Shown piece by piece: positions 11,641 through 27,011 of a stretch of 64,000 nt of DNA; within the stretch, counting starts at the first letter, position 1, and the number at the start of each line of letters is the position of its first letter. The position numbers and the translations under genes were made by a program. This stretch comes from Octopus vulgaris. Lineage: Eukaryota. The DNA lies in the NCBI GenBank assembly GCA_951406725.2, contig OX597821.1, forward strand, positions 63,302,001-63,366,000, read 5' to 3'. A model generated the notes under the pieces. The model did no database searches, was not told the origin of the DNA, and was given only the letters and a program-made list of their open reading frames with translations.

Positions 11641-12244
11641 TATATATATACATTATTATTGTTATTATTATCATTATTATTATTATTATTATTATTACTA
11701 TTACTATTATTATAAGATGAATGATTTATACCTGGTAGCTCACATGTATAGCCCGATCATTTTCACAGTGTTCGTTATGTATTTGGTTAGTGAGAGAAGG
11801 ATGATGGATGATACGAGAATTTTTATTAACCACTATAATTGTTTCGACCCATCTAGCATCGATTCCTCGCGTGTAGGATACTTAATAACTGGTTCAGGAA
11901 CATCTGAATGTGCAGATGTGTCTCTTCTTCGCGTAGTAAATTGATGTAATTCGTTAAATAACAGTTCCGCAATGAATTTTCTCAGTCCGTGTAAAGAAAA
12001 ACAACAAATTAAAGGATACAGCGCCATTGATAAGGAAGATCAATAATAAAATAACAGATGCAAAAATGAAACAAACGCGCAATACAGCGAGAAAAGAATT
12101 AAATATAATTTGTAACGGATATGGGTGTAGCAATGTCCTCGCGTAGGTTGTATGATGCCTGTACACTGGCTTATGCAAGCATCCATGAAGATGTAAGCAT
12201 ATATATATATGTATATGTGCTTACATGTTTTCACGCAGACTCAG

Positions 12245-12250
12245 ACAGAC

Positions 12251-12328
<78 letters not shown>
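12245..12328. repeat. (GATA)n microsatellite
   Basis: Directly visible. Confidence 0.95.
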
Positions 12329-13257
12329 CTGTCATCTTAAATTATATACATACATTCACGACCACGTAAGATAGTAACGAGGCACTGCTTATAGACATGT
12401 TTCTGTTTAAATGTTTCTTCTGTGAAATTCATTACATTTTTGGTGTAATGCTCTATGACAAGTCACTTAATTAACTTATTAAATTTTAAGAAATGAACAT
12501 TAATTCTGACATGTCTGTATATTTAATTGGATATTAATAAGCACAGCAGACTATAGTTGCATTTTAGTTTAATGAGAGAGAATGTATGTATTAACTCAAT
12601 GAATTCATTCGTAAATTAGTGCATACGCTTAGGTTCATACATGTGATTGCGAGTACGAGTATCTGTACAAGCACAAATACGAACCGACTGACACACACAA
12701 ACATATACACACACATGCCTAAATACAGACACATACTCGTATGTGAATATATTTATTGTGTGTACGTGTATGTTTGCTTATACATGTATGCGTGTGTCTG
12801 CACGCGCGTATGTAGTGTACATTCATATATATATATAATCATATAAGTATGTATGTATATATGTATATACATATATAAATATATATATATATATGTATAT
12901 ATGTGTGTGTGTGTGTGTGTATGTATACATGTATGTATATGCATTATTATGTGCAAATATACGCATATATATATGTATATATATGTGCATATGTATGTGT
13001 GTATATATATATGTATGTATGTGTGTGTGTTTTTATGTTTAATTACTATCAGGTGCTTGTTCGTAATCACACGATGGATCACAAATTAAATAAAAGAATC
13101 GATAATTTGTTTAAACAGAATTTGATATTTGTTTGTTTATAAGAAAGTTACAGTTTACAAATTTGTTTCATTTGCGTTTGTAAACTTGAAAACTTCTGAG
13201 AGAGTTACAGTAACTGTGCTTTTACATTAAGAAGAATTGGTGTAAGAATGAAAATTT

Positions 13258-14280
<1,023 letters not shown>

Positions 14281-15129
14281 AAAAAGAATAAAGTAAAAAA
14301 GACAAAAAGCATGAGGAATTCAGCACATTATTAACTTTACGAAAAACATAAACCTTTCTGGATTATAGGCACATCTTGTACCATGGGGTGCTTGAGGTAG
14401 GGGCAACAGGAGTTGACGTTGCTACACAATTGTTCACAGATATAATTTAGCCGTTTAGTGTGTTGTCTTGTATCTATTGTTCTTCAATATGTGTCGCTAT
14501 AAGGATCAGCATAAAGCCCTCAAGTAAGGGGTTGGATCAATAAATCTGGAATCGAGAAAATCATCAGGTCATACGTATACATACACATGCACACCCACAC
14601 TTTCCTTCTTTCCTGAGCGTCCAATAATACTATATTTGTTCCACGTCCTCGCGTTGTTGTGTTTCTTTGTGCTTTCTTGTTTGGATTAACTATATATATA
14701 TCATGAACATACATTTTATGTGCGCATACATATATACATACACATACACATATACAGGCACGCACACACACGCACGCACACACACACACACACACACACA
14801 CATCTAATACTTTGATTCAGCTACTTAAAGTGCGGGGGCATGTAGGGCGCATCTTTCTTGTTAGATGCTTGGAGTGGGGACGGGATTTGAATGGAGTTCA
14901 TAAATCTCTGTAGATGCCTTCAGGTCTATATGTCAGCTGCGGTCATTTATTGAAGATAAATAACTCTAAATGACTATTTGCTAACACTACGACTACGTGA
15001 CTCCAGCTGACCGACGAACACCTAAAGAACTAGTAACTATTTTGAATTTATTTTAATATCTGCTGTCTTTCTCATCAAAATGAACGCCCACGAAACTTCA
15101 AATAGTGTGTAGGATTTCAATCGCTCGTG

Positions 15130-15141
15130 TAGTAGTAGTAC

Positions 15142-15232
<91 letters not shown>

Positions 15233-15316
15233 TGTGGTGGTGGTGGTGGTGGTAGTAGTAGTAGTAGTGGTGGTGGTTTCTATTATTATTATTATTATTA
15301 ATATTATTATTATTAT

Positions 15317-15355
<39 letters not shown>

Positions 15356-15390
15356 GAGGAGGAGGAGGAGGAGGAGGGACAGGAGGAGGA
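15130..15390. repeat. Compound trinucleotide microsatellite (TAG/TAT/TGG/AGG)n
   Basis: Directly visible. Confidence 0.95.
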
Positions 15391-16092
15391 TGGGTGTTGG
15401 TGATGTAAAAAGAATAGACTGGAGAATAAAGTTGTAAAACAATGTACATTTAATAAACACTCGTTTCTCAACTCTTTTTGAAAAGTAAATTCGACATTGT
15501 AGATAAATCAATTGCATTTTCTTTTTCACTGTGAACAGACAGAAATGTGTCCACTTTTATGGTACGTTACTGTTTCGATATACTTAGTTAACGTATTTCT
15601 TAACCATAGACCAAATATTTCTTCATAGCTTTGGCAATCATCACAATCTCTTACAGATTGAAATTATTCAATGTTATTAAAATAAGTCTTCAAACAATGG
15701 CAAGGTAAATTAATTGAAATTAATATCAGTACCCCGAATTAAAGCAAAACAAGGATATTCGATAAGCTTATTAGATTACGCATTTCAGTTCTTCATTGTT
15801 AACTTTCCTTTGGTAAGTGTACACTCTGATGAAGCTAAATGTCTTTTTTTTTTCTATGGGATTACAAAACTAAATGACTCATGGGTTAATTGTCTCTGTG
15901 ACTACAGAATCAACACTATTTGATACCTAATTAAAACACAACAAAACATTCAATGATACTGAGCAACAATGCAAGCGTCGAGAAAATTTATAGTATGTTA
16001 TATGTTTTGCAGAATAGAAAGAAACAAGCGGCGGTATTCGAATTCATGACAGTGTAAAATACTCGTCTTTGGACATACATCTTTCTTTGGAA

Positions 16093-16155
<63 letters not shown>

Positions 16156-16230
16156 GCATAAACATATAAAGAAATATATATATATATATATATACATGGA
16201 TATATATATATATATATAATATATGTATAT

Positions 16231-18485
16231 ATCCTTAAATCCTTAAATCCTTAAAAATGTTTTAGCCCGAAGCCCACGGCCATGCTGGGGCACCACCGCT
16301 GAATGAGCTACACTAATTTGTCAATCCACCTCTGATACGTGGCACTTGATCAACAAGGGAGTTCGATGCTGCTGCCCGCATCCGCGTCTCCTGTCGTGAG
16401 GTAGGCTCATCTGGGACTCCCAACAAGAAGAGATCCAGTTTAGTTTTAAAGAAACCCACATCCACACCATGTAAGTCTCTCAGGCATTTAGGGAGGATGT
16501 TAAAGAGCTGTGGTCCTCTGAAACCCAAGCTGTTGCAGTATCTGGACCTGTATTTTGATGGTGATGTTGGAATCCTTGGCACCATGCAGTGGCGCCCCGT
16601 TCTGCGGTTGGAGTAACTTTGAATGCTAAAGTTTGGGACAAGACCCTCCAGGATTTTCCAGATGTATATCACCGCATATCTCTCCCGCCTCCGCTCCAGG
16701 GAGAAGAGGTTTAATAGCTTCAGTCTTTCCCAGTAGCTGATATTTTGCATTGAGACGATTTTCTTAGTGTAGCTTCTCTGAAATGCTTCGAGTTCTGCTG
16801 TTAGCTTTATATTGTGTGGTGACCAAAGTTGGGAGCAGTAGTCCAAGCGGCTGAGGACGAATGTTTTCCATAGGACCATCATTGTCTCCTTCTCTCTTGT
16901 TCTGAAAGTTCGGAGAATCCATCCAGCTAGCCGTCTGCATTTCATCACCAGATTAGCAATATGCATTTGGAAAGATGCATCATTGCTCATGTCAATGCCC
17001 AGGTCACGCACTGATTTTGACTCAGGGATTGCAATTCTTCCTGGGCCAGTGTATCCAGTCTTCACGTCATTTACCTTTGTGTGCCAGTAGCGCAGGGCCT
17101 GGAACTTACCTGCATTAAACTGCATGTTGTTGTCCTCAGCCCACCTGTATATTGTGTCCAGCTCATGTTGCAGATGCGCAATATTTTCAGGGTTTTGTAT
17201 TGCGTGGGAGACTTTTGTGTCATCTGCATAGCTAGCAAGGGTGGTCATTGTAGCAACTGAAGGCATGTCTGAAAGGGCCACTATGAACATCAGTGGCCCC
17301 AAGACAGTGCCCTGTGGGACACCGCTTGTTATTTGCGTTTCCTTGGAGGTGGCTCCATTGCTCACAACTGCCTGTTTTCTGTCTTTTAGGAAGTTGTGCA
17401 GCCACTCTCCAAGTTTCCCGCCTATGCCGAGACCACGCAGTTTGTGACAGATCATACCATAATCGACTTTATCAAAGGCTTTTGCAAAGTCGAGATATAT
17501 TACATCCACATTTGAGCCATTTAGTAGCTGTTTCAACACCCAGTCATAATGTTGCAGGAGCTGTGTTAGGCAGCCTCTACCTGGTCGAAATCCATGCTGG
17601 GTGTCAGACAGCAAGTCATTTTCTTCAAGGAACATGATTAGTTTCTTACGGACTATTCGTTCTATGACTTTGCTGATGTGTGAGGTCAGAGAGATAGGCC
17701 TATAATTTTTAGCATCTGCTCTGCTACCTCCCTTATGGATAGGGCATATTACCCCCTCTTTCAATTTGACTGGGAGCTTACAACTTGCAAGAAAGCTCTG
17801 AAATAGAAGCTGTAGCGGTTTTGCAAGGGCTCGTTTGCATGATTTGAGAAGGATCACTGGGAATCCATCAGGTCCAGCAACTGAGTTTGTGTCAATCTCA
17901 TCAATGGCTAGTGTGATATCATCATCTTCGATGTTGATGTACTCAATTTTTGTCTCTTTGGCCGCGGGTAAAGTGGCAAAGAATTCTTCTGGGTTGTTTA
18001 CTTGCCTGTGTCCTAGAGGTGTAGTGCACACACTTTGGAACTGTTCGTTCAGTATTTCACTTATCCTCGTGGGATTTCCTGTGAGAGAGCCATCTTTTTG
18101 GAAGAGAGGTCCTATTCTCTGGTGCACTGTGGCTGTCTCTTTGGCAAACTTAAAGAAAGCTTTAGGGTTTGATTTTATATTTTCTATTACCCAAGCTTCT
18201 TTATCTGCTCTCTCCTTTTCATGGGACTGATGTAGACTTTTCTCAGTTTCCATTAGCATTCTTTCGAGCCGAGACTTCTCACCACTTTTGGTGTGCTTGC
18301 TCAGGCGGTTTGCAATTCTTGTCCGTCGTCTCATAAGAATCCTCCTTTCTCTAGGGATCCTGTTTTTGTTCTTGTGTGTGCTGGCCCTGCACACTGGGAC
18401 ATATTTGTCACATATGTCTTGTATTATGGACATGAAGTGTTTGTGTTTCATGTTTATGTCCGGTGTGGAGAGACATTCAGGCCAA
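16231..18485 (-). mobile_element. 5'-truncated CR1-group (CR1/Zenon-like) LINE with (TTTAAGGA)n tail, inserted in (TA)n
   Basis: RT ORF, short 3' UTR and three 8-mer tail repeats at 16231-16254. TA microsatellite on both sides. Confidence 0.9.
16313..18484 (-). CDS. Non-LTR retrotransposon ORF2 fragment (reverse transcriptase and C-terminus; APE domain missing)
   Basis: About 720 uninterrupted codons with [47 protein letters not shown] and SLERRRERY. The ORF track's first ~40 aa are microsatellite. Confidence 0.95.
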   Translation of the reverse strand, partial: WPECLSTPDINMKHKHFMSIIQDICDKYVPVCRASTHKNKNRIPRERRILMRRRTRIANRLSKHTKSGEKSRLERMLMETEKSLHQSHEKERADKEAWVIENIKSNPKAFFKFAKETATVHQRIGPLFQKDGSLTGNPTRISEILNEQFQSVCTTPLGHRQVNNPEEFFATLPAAKETKIEYINIEDDDITLAIDEIDTNSVAGPDGFPVILLKSCKRALAKPLQLLFQSFLASCKLPVKLKEGVICPIHKGGSRADAKNYRPISLTSHISKVIERIVRKKLIMFLEENDLLSDTQHGFRPGRGCLTQLLQHYDWVLKQLLNGSNVDVIYLDFAKAFDKVDYGMICHKLRGLGIGGKLGEWLHNFLKDRKQAVVSNGATSKETQITSGVPQGTVLGPLMFIVALSDMPSVATMTTLASYADDTKVSHAIQNPENIAHLQHELDTIYRWAEDNNMQFNAGKFQALRYWHTKVNDVKTGYTGPGRIAIPESKSVRDLGIDMSNDASFQMHIANLVMKCRRLAGWILRTFRTREKETMMVLWKTFVLSRLDYCSQLWSPHNIKLTAELEAFQRSYTKKIVSMQNISYWERLKLLNLFSLERRRERYAVIYIWKILEGLVPNFSIQSYSNRRTGRHCMVPRIPTSPSKYRSRYCNSLGFRGPQLFNILPKCLRDLHGVDVGFFKTKLDLFLLGVPDEPTSRQETRMRAAASNSLVDQVPRIRGGLTN

Positions 18486-18531
18486 TATACATATATATAA
18501 TATATGTATATATATACACATATACATATAA

Positions 18532-18675
<144 letters not shown>

Positions 18676-19030
18676 GTGTGTGTATATATACATATATGTG
18701 TGGGCGTGCGTGTGTGTGCGCGTGTTTATTTCAAATAACACAGCAGTGTTTCCGTTAGTCGTATATTTCCATGGTGATTTTGTTCAAAATATCGTTATGT
18801 TGCTAACAGATGTTGATCTACCAAAAAATAGTTATCTAGTTTAGTTCATTAAAATTGCTATATATGATAAAGAGGTAGTAAACCGATGGTAGTGTGTCAT
18901 TCATGAACGAGTATTATTACATTTAGAGTCGTTGAATTTACAGTTTTCACCTTTGCAGTCATTTTACAAATGCCAGTAATTATTAACAGTTTTTTTTTTT
19001 ACGGATTTACACGCACGAAAAACAGTTAAA

Positions 19031-19487
19031 GGATCATTTCGGTTTGAACGGCAGTTTTTAAAATAATTTCTAGGTAACTAAAAAATTTTAAACTTCATAT
19101 ACTGGTAGACTGTGTTTATAAAACATCTTTTTCTCTTGGCTTTATTGAGAAAATTCAATAGTTTGTAAGATATTTGTTGTTTTTTTTCTTCAATTTCTGC
19201 AATGTCAACCAATCACTGATGTTTAGTGAGGTAAAAAACATTATGTACCGTATGAATATGTCCCTCGTTTAATAATCAGATTGAGTTTATTTACGTTTGT
19301 GAAGAAAAAAGATACCCTTCCCCCACACCTAACCCTAACCCTAACCCTAACTAACCCTAACTAACTCTAACTAACCCCAACCCTAAAACAGATTGAAATG
19401 CAATAGATCGATACTAGGGTCATAATTATGGGTGACAATTTCATATGACCCCGCTAGAAAAAACTGCCGTTCAAACCGAAAAGATCC
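19031..19487. mobile_element. Non-autonomous DNA transposon, Merlin-like, containing (CCCTAA)n
   Basis: About 28-bp TIR GGATC(A/T)TTTCGGTTTGAACGGCAGTTTT. 8-bp TSD CAGTTAAA at 19023-19030 and 19488-19495. Confidence 0.85.
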
Positions 19488-20441
19488 CAGTTAAATATAA
19501 CAACATTACGAGTTATGTTGGATGCAATACTCATAACATAGCGCATTGCTATCGCGTAAACAGGGACGATATTGACTAACCACAAATATAAATTAATAGA
19601 TAAATAATGACGTACAAATTGAAGGGTAAAATATTGACTGTTCGTATTCAGCCTGCAGGACATACAGGATTATGAATCAACGCTAATGTCATACAAAATA
19701 TAAAATAATGACTGCTAAAACGTGAATAATAAAAACTGGAAATTATTGTCCCAAACACAGGACAGAGAATATTTTTGACAGAAAAATGTCAGACGTAGAA
19801 CACATTCGTGCTTTTAATATACGTCTAAAAGAAAAGCTACTTTACATATGTGTTTGTGTGTTGTTTTGTGTAAGCGTGTGTGTACGTGTGTGTGTGTGTG
19901 TATATATATGAGTGCATGTGAGTGCAAGTGAGTGCATGTGTTACCGCGTTTGCCTGCATCTTTGTATGTAAGTATATCTAGACGTTTTATTCTTAAATAT
20001 GTTGGATCTAAATAGTTGTAAGTATGTAAGAGAAAATAGCATCCTTTCAAGAAGTAACATTAGTTTAAGTATGTTTTACCAAATAAAGAATTATTTCCTA
20101 TTTTGCTTTGCTGACAAGAATAACTATACCGAAATACATACGTCCACATATGCACGCACACACGAGCACATACACACAAGGCAACTCACACAAAACCACA
20201 CAGACGCACTTCGGCGTAATAAGATTTCTTTACATACGTATATAGAAACCTGACGTATGTAATAGTGTGTGTGTTTGCGTGTGTGGTTGTATGTGTGTGT
20301 ATGTGTATATGTGCTTGTGTGTCTATATGGGTGTAGGCAGAAAAGTAGGGAAAATAAAGCGAGACAAAGATAAACGCATATTCCTATGTATCGCCCTTTC
20401 TCCTTCCCCTCTCGCTCTGCATCACACACACACAAAAACAC

Positions 20442-20484
<43 letters not shown>

Positions 20485-20649
20485 CACATTTATAAATATA
20501 TATGCATATATGTATATACATATATATATATTTCATATATATACATACATATATATGCATACATATATATACACACACTTATATATACAATATATATATG
20601 TACATATATATGTGTGTGTATATATATATATTTATATATTTATGTATAC

Positions 20650-20688
<39 letters not shown>

Positions 20689-21985
20689 GGAGTATCTATG
20701 TGTCTAAGCAATCGATCATGTATGACATATAGTGAGAATATTATTAACATATACATACACATTGTGTATGTTAGTGTGTGTAAGGGAGCTAGTGTGCGAA
20801 TGAGTCTGTGTTGATGTATCGGGTTTCGCAATGTATGCATGGTTGTGTATTTATGGCATTATGTCAAAAATCGTTGAATGATATGCAACTAAAAATAAAA
20901 CTTGAAAAGTGTAAAATATAATTGCAATTAATCAAGGTTAACAAGATTAATCTAAAAATCGATAAATTTCAGAATTGAAAAATAATTGAATTTTGCCGTA
21001 ATATTTCGTAATTAATCTTGATTATTTTTGTTTTCTCTGTTTTCTTAATTGATTCTTAGGTGACAGATAGCAAAGGAATATTCTGTTGTGGAATACAAAT
21101 TAGATATCGATATCAAAATAACTAGAATATACACCATAAAACAAAACAGAATATGCTTCACCCACAAACTGAAATTAACAATAAATTGTACATTTTAGTT
21201 TCTTAATAAGATCAATATTATAATATGGGATTTAATCCGGTAAAATTCTCACATATAGGAACAAATTCATAAGATTTTAAATTGATGTTTATATATTATT
21301 AAACTATTCCGTTATGTTTTGTAGAAACATAATGAATAGAAAAGGACGGAAGACTGGGCCAGGGTATACAATCAAATTCGCTCGGAATACATCGATATAC
21401 GTATTACTAATTCTCACATTGCGTGCACCTTTCTCACTGCACGTTTATGCATAGGTTTCATAGCTCACACAATCCATTCGTCCGATCCAGTTTTTTCAAG
21501 TGGCCACCCAGAACGTGAAGAGAAGAGTCCTATTAAAAGCCTTCTCAAACTGAAAAAGAAAAAAAAAGCAGAAGGCAGGGACTTACGCCTTGGCTACAAA
21601 CTGCAGCAAGTGTATCAAACTTATGTAATATATCCTAAAATATTGAACACACGTGTATTTGCAAATTTATGAGAGTCGATCAGGAATAGCTCCTTCATAT
21701 ACAAAAAAAAATCGCCCACTTAACGATATATAAGCTGTGTAATTGCACTCTGTAGGAAATAATTTGATTTGACACATAAACAAACGCACATACACACCAG
21801 CGTATACACACATTCATAACGATAAATAACCCTACATATGTATTTGTCCCTGTATATAATTATAAATGTATATATGCATGCATGTATGTATGCATGTATG
21901 TATGTATGTGTACATGTGTGTGTGTTTATATATATATATACACACACATACACATATATATATATACACACACATATATATATAT

Positions 21986-22067
<82 letters not shown>

Positions 22068-22093
22068 TACACATATATATATATATGTATATA

Positions 22094-22145
<52 letters not shown>

Positions 22146-22794
22146 TAGATTGCACATGCGCACACAGGCAGTCGCTTGCTTTATAGAATAATAACCAGTA
22201 ATTAACATAAATGGTTCCTTAGTGTCTTGTATTGATACAGAACTCCTCTTCAAGAATAAAATACTATTCCCGTGTCACTTCTATATATCTCGAGCACTTC
22301 CTCAGAAATGATTTCGTCAGAATAATACAAATTAGATTTCGAATTTATGAGATAATTCTTTTTTTTCTTTTTTTTTTCCTTCTTATAAAAACAAAAATAT
22401 ATCTAATAAAGATTTAAGGTTGGTCTAGATGTATGTCGCTTCAACAGAAATACGATCATCTCATGAATATAAATTTAGAGCTATTTTTCTTAATATATAC
22501 CTACGAGTGTTTATTTAGAAACAGAAATAAATACACATCCATAACAAGTGGAAGAATGGAAGAGGAAATGAAGGTGAAATGCTCACAGAATACATTAAAA
22601 CTAATTAGAATTTAGTTTTAGTTTAAAATATAGGAACACGCTTGATCAGTTTCAGAATAAATATTCAAAAGGGTATAGTGTAAGATGTTGTGCTACGAAT
22701 TACGTCTAATATGGCCGTTTTCATAAATACATATATATTTTAATATTATTAGTAGTACAGGTACAAATTGGAACACATAAACACCGACAAGGAT

Positions 22795-23170
22795 GTGTGG
22801 TTAGAAGCTTCTTTTCTTACAACATGGTGCCGGGTTCAGTCCTACTACGTGATACTTTGGGTAAGTGGTTTCTACTGTAGTTCCTGGCAGACCACCGACT
22901 TGTGAGTGGATTGGTAGAGGGGAAACTGAAATAATCCTGTTGTGTGTGTGTGACTTTATGTATCTGTCTGTTCCCAACCACCGTTTGGCAACCGGTGTTG
23001 GCTTGTTTACGTCCCAGTAATGTAGCGGTTCAGCAAGAGAAACCGACAAAATAAGTACAAGGTTTTCACGAAGTACTGGGATCCATTTGTTCGACTCAAG
23101 CCTTCAAGGCGGTGCTCCAGCATGGCAGCTGTACAATGACTGAAACTAATAAACGATAAAAGAGAATAAA
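22795..23170 (+). mobile_element. SINE family A, diverged
   Basis: Matches the family A head, body and GGCGGTGCTCCAGCATGG tail. Confidence 0.8.
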
Positions 23171-23173
23171 ATG

Positions 23174-23209
<36 letters not shown>

Positions 23210-23420
23210 ACAACACAAGTCACTTGGAAGCGTGTATCACTTGGTAGTACACACCAGTTTTCTTGTTTATTTTCGGACCCTGTTTGATTGTGAGCAACGA
23301 CAGCTTCGTGTACCTGCCGGTCCTCGACCTGGTCGAGGGAATGCAATAGCCACTATGGAAAGGCGGTGATGGACAAGAGAGAGAGGGGGGATGCGAGAAA
23401 AGAACTACACTAGTAAATTT

Positions 23421-23970
23421 CTTTATTAACCACGAGGTTGAGAAAAAGAGGGGACGATACTAGGACAGACAAAACAAACATTGGGGTCAGTGTATTGAAT
23501 GAGACGAAACGTATGAATAAACAAACAATTAAAATGTATACAATTACATGAGAATGAGTGATTAACAAAAAATGAAGCAGAGGACGCGGTCAACCCCAAA
23601 TACCACATAGTCACACTGAAGACATTGCTTTCTCCTTTTTATATTCTCGTTTAAACAGGTTCTTTCACTCGCAACGTACTTGCTATAGACTTCCATCTTT
23701 TACGAAACACACTTTGCGACAGGTATTTCTTCTCCAGCCTTATTTTCCGTTTCCTGTGGAAAACGAAAAAGTCGATTAGCTCGAAACTCGAGATGAAAAT
23801 ACCTGTTGCAATTCCTTCCACTCTCGTCTTCCATACTACCTCTTTCGCAACAGCAACTACCGAGAGAAAACAGGCTCGCTCCTCCCTATTCAGGGAGTTC
23901 GGTTTCACTGTCCTGCTCGCATCTTGCACAAACCGGCGAAGGTGCACACCCATGTCTAAAGAGCTTGTCG
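23421..23970 (-). mobile_element. 3' fragment of a Tx1/L1-clade LINE
   Basis: Minus strand gives DKLFRHGCAPSPVCARCEQDSET (zinc-knuckle start), then FLSVVAVAKEVVWKTR...KIRLEKKYLSQSVFRKRW, a 3' UTR and AATAAA near 23422. Confidence 0.75.
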
Positions 23971-24364
23971 GCTGGTGTACATCTTCTGGTTAAATATGGT
24001 AGCACGCGCTTTATTCATGGATGCATTCGACTGCTTCGTCCTGAAATCAAATCTATGCTGCTGGACGCTACCCCTAAAACCTAGCTGAGATTCTATAGCA
24101 GTATTTCATTCTGTGTTTTTTTCTTTTCTCGCTTGTTTCAGCTATTGAACTGCGACCATGCTAGGGATATGCCTTTATGATTTAAGGGTATCGTCGAACA
24201 AATCGATCCCTTAGCTAGTGTCTTTTTAAAGTCTGGCGTTTATTCTAACAGTCTCATTTGCACAACTTCTAATGTTTCGATGACTTATAGAAAACCATAT
24301 TGCTTCTCAAGTAGTGGAGGAAAAAGATAAACATTAACACACAGGCGTAAACATAAACACACAT

Positions 24365-24730
24365 ATAGGCGTAGGAGTGGCTGTGTGGTAAGTAGCTTGC
24401 TTACCAACCACATGGTTCTGGGTTCAGTCCCACTGCGTGGCACTTTGGGCAAGTGTCTTCTGCTATAGCTTCGGGCCGACCAAAGCCTTGTCAGTGGATC
24501 TGGTAGACGGAAACTTAAAGAAGCACGTCGTATAAGTTTGTGTATTTGTGTTTGTCCCCCCAACATCGATTGACAACCGATGTTGGTGTGTTTACGTCCA
24601 GGTAACATAGTGGTACGGCAAAAGAGGCCGATAGAATAAGTACTAGGCTTACAAAGATTAAGCGGGTCGATTTGCTCGACTAAAGATGTGTTCCAGCATG
24701 GCAACAGGCACATAACTGAAACAGGTAACA
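24365..24730 (+). mobile_element. SINE family A
   Basis: AGGCGTAGGAGTGGCTGTGTGGTAAG head followed by the full body. Confidence 0.85.
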
Positions 24731-24879
24731 GAGCACATACACATACACAACTGTTATATATAAATATATCCATAAATAGGTAAACTACAAGGAATCTTGT
24801 GTCTCTGCGTCGTCAAGACTTGAAAAAATTACATCCGAATCGTTGGATATATATATATATATATATGTATATATACGTA

Positions 24880-25390
24880 AACAGTAAAAAATAAATACAG
24901 ACATGGACAAGAACATGAAACACCAAAGAGACGACACAAGAACCACAGGAAGGGACATTCGAAGCCCTCAGTCATCAGTCAAGAACCAGATCATCTTCGC
25001 AATTTCGGCTGATTAATCTTGAGATTGCTCCGATCTGGGCAGCCCCCCCAAAGGAAAATCTAAGCCAAGCGCATTAGATCCCTTGGAAGAGAGCTTCAAA
25101 TGTATACAACACGAGGACGGAAAACGAACGGAGTACATGAACAAAAATACAGAATACGTGACACCAATAAAAATACAAAAACGTAAAAACAATAACGGTA
25201 AAGATAAAAAACAAAACAAAACCAGGACGTAGGACAAGGGTCTTTCGACAGGACGAGTTGAGTTTGGGGCTGGCTTATGAAGTAGTGCCTAATGGCCGCA
25301 GGGAGACGAACAAATACGTGTTGCTTCGACGACTGCTGGAACGAAAAGGGCGCTCAGCAGTGGCTAGCGGTCACGTGAGAACAAAAGACA
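24880..25390 (-). repeat. Unclassified interspersed repeat, homolog of 13420-13945
   Basis: Reverse-complement similarity across several hundred bases. Confidence 0.75.
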
Positions 25391-25638
25391 GGAGAAAGGG
25401 ACAGACGAAGAGAGAGAGAAGTTGGACGAGGGAGGAGAAGAAAGAGACAGATCGAGGGGACTGGAGGTGAGAGAGATAGAGAAACGTAGAAGGGGGGACG
25501 GATGGAGAGGGAAAGAAAGGAAGTGGAATAAGGGAGGAGAGAGAGAGAGAGAGAAAGAGACAGATCAAGAGTCGTATCAATGCTAGAGAAAAAATATACT
25601 TATCGTATAAGGACAATTGTGGATACGTAGCCGCCGAT

Positions 25639-25639
<1 letters not shown>

Positions 25640-25687
<48 letters not shown>

Positions 25688-25741
25688 GTATACATATATA
25701 TATATACACATATATGCATATATATATATATGTATATATGC

Positions 25742-25772
<31 letters not shown>

Positions 25773-25815
25773 CATACATATATATATACATATATATATA
25801 CATATATATGTATAC

Positions 25816-25903
<88 letters not shown>

Positions 25904-26036
25904 TGTATATATATATAGGAAAAAAGCAAATAGAAAAAAGTGTATATATATATATATGTATGTATACATATATATATATATATACACATATATATCTACA
26001 TATATATATATATGTATACATATATGTATGTATATC

Positions 26037-26067
<31 letters not shown>

Positions 26068-26115
26068 TATATATATATATGTATATATACATATGTAAAT
26101 ATATATATATGTATA

Positions 26116-26156
<41 letters not shown>

Positions 26157-26216
26157 ATATATATATCATGATAATAATAATAGTAAAGTATATATATATA
26201 TATATATATATATATG
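25640..26216. repeat. Long (TA)n-rich microsatellite
   Basis: Directly visible. Confidence 0.95.
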
Positions 26217-26321
26217 TCTAAAAATATAATTTTCACTTATATTTACAGATAAATTCCTCTATTTACATAATATCGGGGTCTCTCTCATTCTTTTCTTGTC
26301 TTGCCATTTATATATATACTT

Positions 26322-26524
26322 TTGTGTCCGGGGAGAGTCATTTTCTTCTTGTGCCTTATAATTTTAGACACTCGCCGGTAAAATTTCCACTTATTCCTTA
26401 TTTTTATTTTCCTAAAATTTTCGTTGCATCTTGCAACCTTTTAAATAGTCGTGAATAAGTGGAAGGTTTACCGGTGAGTGTGTTAAATTATAAGGCAGAA
26501 AAAAATTACTCTCCCCAGACACAA
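26322..26524. repeat. Imperfect inverted repeat (arms about 73 bp)
   Basis: 26322-26396 is approximately the reverse complement of 26453-26524. Confidence 0.75.
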
Positions 26525-26946
26525 TAGAATTTGCTTCAACACACGAACTCACATAAAGAATCTTGCAAACCAAATCCCAAAATGACAACTACTGAGTAAT
26601 GCCACATGCTAGAAGACGCCAAATGGCTCTTAAACTAACCTATTTATCACATAGACACGGGCTGAAAGCGATGGAATGAACAAAGGAGATTTTTAAAAAT
26701 CTTTAGCCGTTAATTGACTTTTCGTATAGGGATGTAATACCACATTACCATGATCAGTATGACATAACCGAAAGTTATACAAACGTTCACACTTATAGAC
26801 AATTTAAATCTAGTTCGTTCTGTTCAGCCACGTGTGAATAACCAAAATAATTTAGCGGCGAATAAATCCATTTTAACTGAATTTATATTTATCATGAAGA
26901 TCGAGGATAAAATCTCTCTCTCTCCCTATATATATATATATATATA

Positions 26947-27007
<61 letters not shown>

Positions 27008-27011
<4 letters not shown>

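Noticed and set aside
19328-19386. Telomere or chromosome-fusion site
   Set aside because: Short, degenerate and enclosed by transposon TIRs and a TSD.
21340-21672. About 110-codon ATG-less plus-strand open frame, and a 37-nt GT-AG intron-like segment on the minus strand (21550-21586)
   Set aside because: No recognisable domain, the intron is too short, and minus-strand frames close quickly.
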